Positions 1 to 8,717 of a DNA stretch of 64,000 bases are shown here, in pieces. This DNA comes from a virus. Within the stretch, counting starts at the first letter, position 1. Every line of letters starts with the position of its first letter. The notes under the pieces were generated by a model. It made no database searches. It saw only the letters and a list, made by a program, of their open reading frames with translations, and was not told the DNA's origin. Location of the stretch: IMG/VR virus record IMGVR_UViG_3300024978_000002. One strand, 5' to 3'. Both the position numbers and the translations under genes were made by a program.

Positions 1-2
1 GT

Positions 3-1262
3 AATCTCCTGGGGGAGAACATTCCCGTGGAGACCGTGGCAGTGCTTCAGAACGGCGTCGTGTTACCCGGCGAAGCCAGCGCCTCGTACAACCAAGCTGT
101 AAAGACCCCACGTGTGGGTCACACGACACAAAACCTTCCCGACGGTGAGGTTGTCACGGCAGTCGCATACGACTCCGTTGGCGGAGCGACGTCCACGGCT
201 AAGCTACTGATCAAGAACTCAGCTTTCATTCGTCAGACGGACGCTTCGTTGAAATATGTGGCAGATATTTCACTGGAAACACCCTTCTTGTTGTCCTCCG
301 ATCCGCACACGATCGAATACCCAATCAACATGCCGGTGGATAACTTGAACTTGATGGGTGTGGTATCGTATTCCGATGGTACGAAACTGCGTATGCCAGT
401 AGACGGTACGAAGTTTACGATCGCGGGGTTGCGTAACTACGTGGCCACGATCCAAGGACAGAGTGTGGACCTGATGCTCTCTTATCAGCTCTCACCGTAC
501 GAGTCCGCTTATCTCGACCCCACGGGTCCTTCTGGCGCCATCGCAGTAGCCTACAAGGCACGTACACGGGAATCTGATGGGGCGTATTCAGTCAAGCTTT
601 ACGCTTATCCGACGTGGGTGGATCAGCTTAACGGATACCGTCTGGAGTACTTCCTGTACACGATGGACCGTAAGCAGGTATACCGGGTGACGAACCAAGT
701 GACACTGGCTAGTAACTCCGCGCCGTTCGATCCGTTGTCCTACGGTATTAAACAACGCATTAACGTCGGTGTGAATATGCCGGAAGTTGATCCGTTGTTC
801 ACCGCTTGGCGTCACACCCAACCCTTCGAGATCACGTTGATTCGTCCGGGTAATCAAAACACGGGTGATAACTGGACTGTTGGTTTTACCGCAGGTCAGA
901 ATCCGGCGTACGGTCTGAACGTCAAAGCACTGTCAACCTTCATTGATGTGGGTAACAGCAAGTTGGATATTTCTTGCGGTTGCAACACGTTGGAAGAATG
1001 GCTCAATACCGTGTATTATCCAACGCAGCCCTTGTTTGACTCGCGTTCGGAACAAGCACCGTTAGAGCCAAACTTCTTCGTAGTAGCTTCGGAGAACAAC
1101 CGCGTGGAACTCCCCATTACGTCGTGGAATACCGTGATCAATGTGGAGCGCGCGCCAGCTGAAGGTAAGCTCGTGTATATCGAGTTCCTGCGTAAGATGT
1201 CCGATAACGACCTCCAGCTCGCGGTGGCGGGTTTGATCACCCACCAACAGTCCGGAGTTTAA
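3..1262 (+). CDS. Virion structural protein (5'-truncated), phiKZ-type tail/baseplate-region protein
   Basis: Frame is open from the window edge to the stop at 1262. Beta-rich sequence, convergent with the terminase as in phiKZ-like genomes (synteny inference). Confidence 0.55.
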   Translation, partial: NLLGENIPVETVAVLQNGVVLPGEASASYNQAVKTPRVGHTTQNLPDGEVVTAVAYDSVGGATSTAKLLIKNSAFIRQTDASLKYVADISLETPFLLSSDPHTIEYPINMPVDNLNLMGVVSYSDGTKLRMPVDGTKFTIAGLRNYVATIQGQSVDLMLSYQLSPYESAYLDPTGPSGAIAVAYKARTRESDGAYSVKLYAYPTWVDQLNGYRLEYFLYTMDRKQVYRVTNQVTLASNSAPFDPLSYGIKQRINVGVNMPEVDPLFTAWRHTQPFEITLIRPGNQNTGDNWTVGFTAGQNPAYGLNVKALSTFIDVGNSKLDISCGCNTLEEWLNTVYYPTQPLFDSRSEQAPLEPNFFVVASENNRVELPITSWNTVINVERAPAEGKLVYIEFLRKMSDNDLQLAVAGLITHQQSGV

Positions 1263-1265
1263 CGC

Positions 1266-1310
1266 CATACACCCCCTGTGAGCCCGAAAGCTCACAGGGG
1301 GTGTATGCTG
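1266..1310. terminator. Bidirectional terminator-like hairpin with CATAC/GTATG arms
   Basis: Perfect 18-bp inverted repeat CATACACCCCCTGTGAGC / GCTCACAGGGGGTGTATG between convergent genes. Confidence 0.8.
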
Positions 1311-3563
1311 TCAGTGCCATTCTGAGATACCGGAATCTCTTCGCCCGAAAATGGTGTTGTTGAAACTGTTATCTAACGGACGATACCCGGAAGTGGTGCT
1401 ACTACGCGGTTGGGAGGACGTCATGCGTCGAGACTTTTCTCGTGTGTTGCGCGCTTGTGCAATCGCCGCGTCGATGGTCTGCACGCCGCTTTGTTCTCCA
1501 TCCATCACTAGACGTCCAGAGAGCGCCCTCAGACGTCCTTCAAGCTTTGCTAGTACCCACGTATCGGATTCACCCTGCAAACGCTCTAGGAGCTCGTCTA
1601 CCTCGTCTAAGAGACGGTTTTGTTCGAAGCGACGATACTGCTCTTCCGGAGACTCTTCTTTTTCCTGGAAAGCGGTAATGGCACACATTACGCGATTGAC
1701 GTCAATGCCATAGTGGGAAAGGTTTCGTCCATGGACGAGTAACCAGTGAGCCAAAACCCAACTGATCACGTGATCATCATGTCCAGAAGCGGTATGGTCA
1801 ATGCGGTCGTTCTTGACAACCAGACCTCGGATCTCTGAGGAAAGTCGTTCGCTATGGACAACCCCAGCGGCGTTCTTTGCCGCGTTCTGCAGGACCGTAC
1901 CGTAAAGTAATTGACGGTTGTCACCGTTGGTCTTAAAACCAAAGGAGCCCTTACGGGTATCGTAGAATTCTTCGGTACGTAACTGGAGGGGACGTTGGAG
2001 TTCTTGGAAACGCTCTTTGTCAGAACCCGCTTCATCGACAATGGAATTGAAGATGCGTTTGAAGGGATCAAATCCTGCAGCGATTAGCTGGAGAATCAAA
2101 TAATCCACGATCATCCCACCCGTAGACTTACGTTCGGGGATCAGAGTGATGTTCGGATACCGAATCAGCACTTCACCCAGATAATGGGAGAATCGAATAA
2201 GATTAGTTTCGTTGTACGTACCTGTGGCCACAACCGAAAGATCCTCTACGTCCAATACCACCAACGCAATGGTATCCCGACCCACCGCTTCGGACGTATC
2301 TAGACCAGCGACGTATTTTCCTTCCGCCATTCGTTGAGCGACTTCGTGTTTGGGAATAAACCAGTTCAACGCATAGTTCTGCGGGGAGAACTCTATCCAG
2401 TCGGGCGTCTTGACGGATTTACCGATACGGTCATTGAGTTCTTGAGACAGCGGAGAACGCAAGCTACCTGACGTCCAACGATTCAAGAAGTCACGTTCGA
2501 CCATGTCCGGTGTCGCGCCAGTCACGTTCGAGATCGCTTCCATCAACCATTCGTCTGTTTTTCCCAGTTGTTTGTAGGACAACGTGATGTTGAACAACGC
2601 ACGTTTAATCCCCTTACGTCCAGGGATACCTGCACAATTGTTCAACACTCGTTCGCGAAGCTCCTGTTCGTCTTTACTGTCAAACGCTAACCGTTCATCC
2701 CACACCGCTCCTCCGAAGATTAAGTCGTACATGAACTTACCTTCACGGGTATCGAGTTTACCTGGCGTGGTGGTGAAGATATTGCCGTAAGGGCGTCCGG
2801 TCTCTCGTGCTTCATTACGCGCCGCAGTACCTGCTGCCAAAGCGGCTGGTAAGATCACGTTGATATACGAGGTGAAGGGACCCTCGTCAGAGTGGAGGGC
2901 GGGAGACGTCGAACCACGGCCAACCTTGTTAGCACCTTCTTCGGAGTTTTGGCCTACCGCTGTACTCAAGGTGTTGTTACGGAGTTTGTAGGTCATCTCC
3001 ATCTGGTTATCGGCGTCGTCTTGACTCAGACTCACTAGGTACGGCGGCAAGAGATTTCGAATACGTTTCAACCGTTCGATATTCTTTCGTCTCAGGTCAT
3101 TGTCCTTGGTGATCATTGTCACGGTTGTGTTATCAGCGGACATGTACAAGACGTTCGTGTGGAGACAATCCGTACTGACCGACTTACCCGTCTGACGCGG
3201 TTGAATTAACGCCGCATCAATGTGGTTAAAGAACGACCAAAACAGACCGATGTTTCCACGGTTGGCTTCCAGCGGTCGTGGATTAGGGCCAGATTGCGGA
3301 GGTACACGTACCACTTCTCGAAAGAAATACCAGGGATTCACGCAGCATTCGTACGCAATAGCAATCTTCTGCTGTTGGGTAAGGTTGGTGGCGTAGGGGT
3401 CCAGTCCTTGGAGGTCAGGATTAAACAACGCTAAATGAAAGACGTTGTTCTCTACCCCCATTGAATGGTAAAGTTGAGCTAAACGAACAAACGTTTTGTT
3501 TGATGTTTTGAAATCTGCGATAGCGTAAGGGACTTTTTGCCAGTCCGACTTAAACAAAATCAT
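1311..3563 (-). CDS. terL: Terminase large subunit
   Basis: Walker A PRQTGKS, Walker B LHSDEGPF, RNase H-like nuclease motifs GLDTSEAVGRD and HDDHVISW; 750 aa; AGGAGG RBS upstream. Confidence 0.93.
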   Translation of the reverse strand: MILFKSDWQKVPYAIADFKTSNKTFVRLAQLYHSMGVENNVFHLALFNPDLQGLDPYATNLTQQQKIAIAYECCVNPWYFFREVVRVPPQSGPNPRPLEANRGNIGLFWSFFNHIDAALIQPRQTGKSVSTDCLHTNVLYMSADNTTVTMITKDNDLRRKNIERLKRIRNLLPPYLVSLSQDDADNQMEMTYKLRNNTLSTAVGQNSEEGANKVGRGSTSPALHSDEGPFTSYINVILPAALAAGTAARNEARETGRPYGNIFTTTPGKLDTREGKFMYDLIFGGAVWDERLAFDSKDEQELRERVLNNCAGIPGRKGIKRALFNITLSYKQLGKTDEWLMEAISNVTGATPDMVERDFLNRWTSGSLRSPLSQELNDRIGKSVKTPDWIEFSPQNYALNWFIPKHEVAQRMAEGKYVAGLDTSEAVGRDTIALVVLDVEDLSVVATGTYNETNLIRFSHYLGEVLIRYPNITLIPERKSTGGMIVDYLILQLIAAGFDPFKRIFNSIVDEAGSDKERFQELQRPLQLRTEEFYDTRKGSFGFKTNGDNRQLLYGTVLQNAAKNAAGVVHSERLSSEIRGLVVKNDRIDHTASGHDDHVISWVLAHWLLVHGRNLSHYGIDVNRVMCAITAFQEKEESPEEQYRRFEQNRLLDEVDELLERLQGESDTWVLAKLEGRLRALSGRLVMDGEQSGVQTIDAAIAQARNTREKSRRMTSSQPRSSTTSGYRPLDNSFNNTIFGRRDSGISEWH

Positions 3564-3648
3564 GAAAGCCTCCTGAGACGCTGTGGTACGACGGCATAGC
3601 GCCTAGGGGATGGGTGAATGGCGAGAGGTGTCGTGTCATAGGATTCGA

Positions 3649-3687
3649 CAGCATAAACACTGGAGCCTGTTGTTAGGCTCCAGTGTT
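3649..3687. terminator. Terminator-like hairpin preceded by CAGCATA (TATGCTG on minus strand)
   Basis: 13-bp stem AACACTGGAGCCT / AGGCTCCAGTGTT (3656-3687) downstream of the minus-strand ORFs and upstream of terL. Confidence 0.7.
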
Positions 3688-3693
3688 AGCTCG

Positions 3694-4065
3694 TTAACCA
3701 GCCAGTGGGCCTGGAGCGGACGTAAGGGTTTTCAACTCCTCGATGCGAGCTCGTGCGTCTTTTCGAATGACGTCGTATGCTGCGTAGTCGATGGCTTTGT
3801 TCTTGTCCAACGTCAGGAGGTGTTTGACCACCGTCGGTCGTTTACGAATCGACGCTTTGACCATCCACCCCGTCACTTGTTGATTCTTACGCCACGGATA
3901 CCAATTTCGCCGAGTGAGTTCCACGGGCCAGAGGGTTATCTGGATCCTGCGGTATCCGGCCAATTGGATGTTGGGGAGAAAACGCACGACTGAGGTGGGG
4001 TCCCCGACCACCACACGCGCCGTATACGGACCTTCCTTCAGAAAACGGAACATCACATCTCGCAT
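3694..4065 (-). CDS. Hypothetical protein
   Basis: 123-aa ORF overlapping the neighbouring minus ORF, followed by a terminator. Confidence 0.5.
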   Translation of the reverse strand: MRDVMFRFLKEGPYTARVVVGDPTSVVRFLPNIQLAGYRRIQITLWPVELTRRNWYPWRKNQQVTGWMVKASIRKRPTVVKHLLTLDKNKAIDYAAYDVIRKDARARIEELKTLTSAPGPLAG

Positions 4066-4454
4066 TTGATGGTAGGGTAAAACGGACCCATCCTATCCAG
4101 AAACGCATGCAGGGCATAGACGTGCGGATACCGCGTGTGTTTCAGTAAACCATTGCAAAGCATGGGATAGATCTGGGGCTCAAATAACTGTGGGTTTAAA
4201 CCTTCTCGGACGGACGCCGGTGCAAACGCCAAGACGTGATAAACCGAATGGGTCGTTGTAGGGAGCCACCAGCGTTTGTAACGCGTTTCGTAGGTGATCT
4301 GCGTCACCGTGACACCCAAAGCCACAGCATCATCAGCAAGCGAAGGACGTAAAGTGATATGCTGCCAGGTTTTCTCACCAGTGTGATGGTGTGTCTCACG
4401 TTCACCCACCACCCAGTCAAAGAACTCTCCAAGGGACTCAAAGAAACCAATCAT
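4053..4454 (-). CDS. Hypothetical protein
   Basis: 133-aa ORF packed between minus-strand genes; plausible RBS. Confidence 0.55.
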   Translation of the reverse strand: MIGFFESLGEFFDWVVGERETHHHTGEKTWQHITLRPSLADDAVALGVTVTQITYETRYKRWWLPTTTHSVYHVLAFAPASVREGLNPQLFEPQIYPMLCNGLLKHTRYPHVYALHAFLDRMGPFYPTIKCEM

Positions 4455-4466
4455 CCGTAAAGTCCC

Positions 4467-5789
4467 TTAACCTTGGTAGTATTTCATCGTCAGCGCCCGC
4501 GCCACGATGTACATTTGAACACCCGTCCGCACGGCCGCAATCACCGAAGCGTTCTTGGTCTTCACTGCCCCCTTGACGACCTGTTCTGCTAAATCCTTGG
4601 TTTTCAGAAGTTCCGGATTGGACATTCGTGAAGCCATATACAACGCACGCAGTTTCGCTAACAGCGGCATTAGTCCACCACCAGCGTTGTAAAGCGCCCG
4701 ATCGGACGTGATCGTGGCGAAGGCAAACAAAAGTGTTTCGTCCACGAGTTCCGTGATAAACTCGTGTTTAGGTACCAAACGATTCTTGGACATCCACGCA
4801 AGCGTCTCGACCAAAAGCTTCGGATTCATCGTGTGCATGGCGTCAGCGATGACGTCCACGAGTTCGTCGCGGATAAACGATTTTTCGTCATCCATGATTT
4901 CGTGGATGTATCGAATGTACGGCGTGAACTGTTTGGTTTGATCTTGGACGATCACCGACCCATCCACTTCCCGTACTGACTTAGTCGTGTGGATTTTGAT
5001 ACCCTTGTCATGAAGGTCATGGAAGATCTTACCGATCGACTTCATGAGCTCTTTGAGCCGGTTTTGAATATCCTGAACAGCCGCGATCACACCCTGGTCG
5101 CTGTTCATCAGGGTTAGGGCTTTGTAGTGCACGCTACGCGTGGAGACCATGTCTTCGGCACGGCGCTCGAGTAGATCATGCCAGCTCTTGGACGTCTTGA
5201 TTAGGAACTTACGTGACATCGCAGCCAACGTCGCTTGTGCCAAACCCTCGTCGGCGGGGTAAGGATACCACCGGTAGAGTAAGCTACCGAGGAGCTTGTA
5301 CTCCATGATCTGCATTGCAAGCTTCGCTCCTTCGGCCTTGAGCTTCGGAGGTAAGTTGGAAGTAAAGATCCGATGGATAGCCCAGATACACGAAAGGTTG
5401 AAGACGTCGTTAGCACGAATCCAGGTCTGGTCATGCGGTAGGCGCTTAATGCCTTCCTCAACGTAGAGGTCGTCGATATCGAGTACTTCAGCAAACCACC
5501 GATTCTGGTCGGTGGTGCGAAAGCGCATCGGGTGAACACCCGTGAGCTGACCACCGAAGAACGCAATATGTTCTTCACTGCGGTTGACGATGAACTGCTC
5601 GAACTCTCGCAGTCGCTGGACGAACTTAGCGTCCGCGACGAAATCCGGTGCAGAATCGTCGAAGATAGATTTGAAGGTTTCCACGGAAGAGACTCCGGTG
5701 GCTAAGGGAAGGGCTATAGGATCAGGAAACCTTCCGAACCTTCGATTCATAACCTCCCCGTCAGTGAGTAGTTTTGTACTCACCTCCAC
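4467..5789 (-). CDS. Conserved phiKZ-like helical protein (function unknown); start uncertain
   Basis: 440-aa ORF with phage-typical codon usage near the terminase. Confidence 0.7.
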   Translation of the reverse strand: MEVSTKLLTDGEVMNRRFGRFPDPIALPLATGVSSVETFKSIFDDSAPDFVADAKFVQRLREFEQFIVNRSEEHIAFFGGQLTGVHPMRFRTTDQNRWFAEVLDIDDLYVEEGIKRLPHDQTWIRANDVFNLSCIWAIHRIFTSNLPPKLKAEGAKLAMQIMEYKLLGSLLYRWYPYPADEGLAQATLAAMSRKFLIKTSKSWHDLLERRAEDMVSTRSVHYKALTLMNSDQGVIAAVQDIQNRLKELMKSIGKIFHDLHDKGIKIHTTKSVREVDGSVIVQDQTKQFTPYIRYIHEIMDDEKSFIRDELVDVIADAMHTMNPKLLVETLAWMSKNRLVPKHEFITELVDETLLFAFATITSDRALYNAGGGLMPLLAKLRALYMASRMSNPELLKTKDLAEQVVKGAVKTKNASVIAAVRTGVQMYIVARALTMKYYQG

Positions 5790-5824
5790 TCCTCCGTCAG
5801 TCTGAAATGGGCTGTTTGTGGGTT

Positions 5825-6122
5825 TTCTAGTCTTGTGTAAAAAACTAAATATTTGACTAGAATCCTACGGCAGAATTTTTATAAAGTACCCGTAAGGGTA
5901 CTATTACTTTAAGCTTGACAAGTGGGTTTTTGAGAGAGGGTCGTAAAACGACCCGACCGAAAGAAAAATCCAAACAAAAAATGACTAAAAGACCCACCCT
6001 CTGGAGGGTGGGTCTTTGTGCAGTTTACCCGATTGGAGTTTTAGAAATACGGAAGATGGAGTAGGAAGTGATGGAAGAGTAGTTTACGACGAAGTACGGT
6101 TTAGGACCTCCCTTCGTCGTAA
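5825..6122. other. AT-rich structured intergenic region (several hairpins, incl. terminator-like 5988-6017)
   Basis: Stems at 5825-5862, 5886-5901 (GTAA loop), 5938-5954, 5988-6017 and 6084-6122, between divergent genes. Confidence 0.5.
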
Positions 6123-6398
6123 TGGTTTTCTCCTATCCACTCAATGGATCTACGAACGTTCTCACTCTGAAACACGTTAAGCGGTCGCGCCGCAGGTTAA
6201 GAAATAGCCTAAGACGTCGCACCAGAGCCGTAGAGAGGCGCGCAGGGTCTAAGAGTCACCGTCTTATCCTTGAACCTTACGAAGCGCGTAGAGGGCTTTA
6301 TAGAGGGTTTCAAGATCGACAAAAATGTGAAGGTAAGTTGAATTTTCAACGGAAGACACTACCTACCTTATGATCCTTAACCACCGTTTGGAGCACCG

Positions 6399-6884
6399 AT
6401 GAAGACGGCAGTGACTACGACGCCCACCCCTTCGGTGGTCGTGATCGCAGGGCGTTCGACCGAAGCGCGTTTGGCTGCGCTGACTGTCCGCCCGAAAATG
6501 TTCTTTGCGAGTGATGAAATCATTTCGCAAGAAACTCAGCAGATGGAAGAAGCGAGTGTTGCTCAGGCGCAATCGGCTCACGACGAGCGCTTACGGCGAT
6601 TGGCTAACCCCATGACGCAAACCGGTCAAGCCAAACTCTTTGTTTTGGAACCCGAGCGGTTGGCCGTCAGTGACCCGGACGCACATAGCGCCTTGAGAGC
6701 ACTGGTGAATTCCCAGTTAAAGGACTCCGAACGTACGGCCGTGGCACTACTGCCGCCAGAGAACGGTTACAGTGCGGCCGGTCAAGCCACCGCCGACTTG
6801 ATCGAATCAACGGTGCTGCCGGGGAATCGTTACCAGACGATTGACAGTGTGGAAGATTTAGAGAGCTGGGTGGATAACCACTGA
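6399..6884 (+). CDS. Hypothetical protein (possible head protein; contains ISQE motif)
   Basis: 161-aa ORF with GGAG RBS, followed by a hairpin terminator. Confidence 0.65.
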   Translation: MKTAVTTTPTPSVVVIAGRSTEARLAALTVRPKMFFASDEIISQETQQMEEASVAQAQSAHDERLRRLANPMTQTGQAKLFVLEPERLAVSDPDAHSALRALVNSQLKDSERTAVALLPPENGYSAAGQATADLIESTVLPGNRYQTIDSVEDLESWVDNH

Positions 6885-6904
6885 AACGCGCATAAAACCC
6901 ACAT

Positions 6905-6941
6905 CGTCCCTAGCCCTTTAAAGGGCTAGGGACGTATGCCG
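6905..6941 (+). terminator. Terminator-like hairpin followed by TATGCCG
   Basis: 14-bp stem CGTCCCTAGCCCTT / AAGGGCTAGGGACG. Confidence 0.75.
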
Positions 6942-6972
6942 CCGAGAAGGCAAAACGGTGGATTGAAATTAG

Positions 6973-6996
6973 TTTCACCGCTATATCATTGTCATG
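6973..6996 (+). promoter_or_regulatory. Putative phage (early-type) promoter upstream of the omegaRNA
   Basis: TTTCACCGCTATATCATTGTCATG matches intergenic motifs at 59774 and 60368 (TTTCARRACTATATCGTTCTAGTG) and 38730. Confidence 0.5.
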
Positions 6997-7270
6997 TCAG
7001 CGGCTGCGATCAAGTTCAGGTACGCTGACTTTCCCGAACCTAGTTTCGTCAGGGAACCAGACTCAATCTGACGTAAAGTCAGACTACGTTACTCAAGAAA
7101 TAGGTATCTTCAGATACCTCCTCAGTCTGAAGCTCTACGGTATTACGTTAAACAGCTTTATGGGTTTAAGGCAGTGCGTAATGCGTCAAACCTTGGGATA
7201 ACTTTGTCGAGAGGACTGTGGGGTAACGCCCCACTGTCACTGAAGGCCCGTAAGGGCGTTGTAAAGGTAT
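6994..7270 (+). ncRNA. omegaRNA (IscB guide + scaffold); guide about 6994-7013, scaffold from 7014
   Basis: Typical IscB omegaRNA blocks: ACCAGACT, CTACGTT, ATAGGTA, CTCCTCAGTCT..CTCTACG, GTTAAACAG, GGCAGTG, AAACC..ATAACTTTGTCGAGAGG. First stem GTTC(7014)/GAAC(7054); long-range pairing CAGACT(7058)/AGTCTG(7124); 3' hairpins before the iscB RBS. Confidence 0.85.
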
Positions 7271-8561
7271 TTCACCATGACGGTATTTGTCTTGGACAAA
7301 CGTAAACGGCCGCTGATGCCGTGTAGTAACAAACGAGCTCGTTTACTGTTAGAGCGTGGGCGCGCTGTTGTCCACCGCTTTAAGCCCTTTACCATTCGGC
7401 TGAAAGACCGTATTCAGGGCGACTGCGTATTTCAACCTATCATGCTGGGTATAGACCCGGGTTCAAAGACCACGGGTCTAGCCCTCACACGCCGTGACGG
7501 TGAGGACGCCGTACTGGTGTTTGGTGTTGAGTTACAGCACCGGGGGTTGGCTATACGGGCCAAGCTTTTAAGGCGCAGTGCTTACCGCCGTAATCGGCGC
7601 TCCCGTAAGACCCGCTATCGCCCTGCCCGTTTTAAAAACCGTACGAAACCAAAAGGGTGGTTACCCCCCTCTCTTCGACATCGAGTAGAATCAACGTTGA
7701 CATGGGCGGGTCGCTTTCGACGCTTAGCACCAGTGACCGCTTTGGCTTATGAAGCTGTGGAATTCGACACACAGCGTTTACGTAATCCTGAGGTCTCTGG
7801 CATACAGTACCAGCAAGGCACGTTGCAAGGGTATACCGTCCGTGCCTACGTACTTCAGAAGTGGGATTACGCCTGTGCGTACTGTGGATCCAAAGACCGT
7901 CTGACACTTGATCACGTTATCCCTCGCTCTCGACACGGGAGTGACGCGGTGACAAACCTGGTCTGTGCTTGTTACGGCTGTAATCAACGTAAGGGCAACC
8001 GTCGGGTGCAAGAGTTTTTAGCAAAGAAACCCACGGTACTAAAACGTGTCCTCGAACAACTGAAAAAGCCCTTACGAGACGCTAGTGCGGTGATTAGTAC
8101 GCGCCCCGCGTTACATAAGGCGTTAGGGGAGGTAGGATTGCCACTCACTGTTGGTACTGGGGCGGAAACCAGCTACATTAGACACCGATTGAAACTCCCT
8201 AAGAGTCATGTCGTGGACGCTGCTTGTGTGGCGCTAACAGGAACCCTTAAAGGAGAATGGTTTAAACCATTACTTGTCGTTTGTGCTGGTACGGGACGTT
8301 ACCAACGTGTCAGAACAGATCGCTTCGGATTTCCTAAAGCGCACAGAGTTCGCGTCAAACGGCCATTCGGATTTCAAACAGGTGACCTGGTGCGTTATGG
8401 GAAAGTTATTGGTAGGACAGCTGTAAGAATGACGGGTTTTTTCAGTTTCCAACACAAACATCAAAACTTTAACGTAAAATGGTCGAAACTAACACTGGTG
8501 CAGAGAAGTGACGGCTATCTCTATTGTTGAACTCTGTTCCCAGACGGTAGCGGTCCTGAAC
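7014..8561 (+). mobile_element. Non-autonomous IS200/IS605-like IscB (OMEGA) element
   Basis: Contains omegaRNA + iscB, no tnpA. Ends are imperfect inverted repeats: GTTCAGGTACGCT (7014-7026) vs AGCGGTCCTGAAC (8549-8561), and CGTCAGGGAAC (7047-7057) vs GTTCCCAGACG (8536-8546). Confidence 0.75.
7277..8530 (+). CDS. iscB: RNA-guided endonuclease IscB
   Basis: N-terminal PLMP domain, RuvC-I LGIDPGSKTTG, Arg-rich bridge helix (RRNRRSRKTRYRPARF), RuvC-II YEAVEFD, HNH CAYC..DHVIPRSRHG..NLVCACYGCNQRKGN, RuvC-III SHVVDA. Catalytic residues appear intact. Confidence 0.95.
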   Translation: MTVFVLDKRKRPLMPCSNKRARLLLERGRAVVHRFKPFTIRLKDRIQGDCVFQPIMLGIDPGSKTTGLALTRRDGEDAVLVFGVELQHRGLAIRAKLLRRSAYRRNRRSRKTRYRPARFKNRTKPKGWLPPSLRHRVESTLTWAGRFRRLAPVTALAYEAVEFDTQRLRNPEVSGIQYQQGTLQGYTVRAYVLQKWDYACAYCGSKDRLTLDHVIPRSRHGSDAVTNLVCACYGCNQRKGNRRVQEFLAKKPTVLKRVLEQLKKPLRDASAVISTRPALHKALGEVGLPLTVGTGAETSYIRHRLKLPKSHVVDAACVALTGTLKGEWFKPLLVVCAGTGRYQRVRTDRFGFPKAHRVRVKRPFGFQTGDLVRYGKVIGRTAVRMTGFFSFQHKHQNFNVKWSKLTLVQRSDGYLYC

Positions 8562-8590
8562 TACTTCGTTTGAAAAAACGTTGACGCGTT

Positions 8591-8670
8591 TATGGTGCAG
8601 GTAGGGATAGGGTCGTCCGACCGAGTCACACCCCTCTCGGAAGGCGTCACCCACCCTACCTGCACCGCCA
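8591..8670. other. Long imperfect hairpin (leader or small RNA)
   Basis: 13-bp perfect outer stem GGTGCAGGTAGGG (8594-8606) / CCCTACCTGCACC (8654-8666) with inner CCGAG/CTCGG pairing; begins at a TATG. Confidence 0.5.
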
Positions 8671-8717
8671 TTCAAAACAAGAAAAATCCAACCTCACTCC
8701 ACAAGGAATTTCCACTC

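Noticed and set aside
5915-5920. Perfect TTGACA -35 box (and TATAAT at 22205)
   Set aside because: No matching -10 or -35 partner at sigma70 spacing.
6122-6373. 83-aa Arg-rich ORF in the intergenic island
   Set aside because: No RBS, atypical composition; probably non-coding.
7014-7276. Possibility that the IscB element is an IStron (group I intron fusion) or CRISPR-associated
   Set aside because: No group I P/Q/R/S elements and no repeat-spacer array near iscB; the upstream RNA is fully explained by an omegaRNA.
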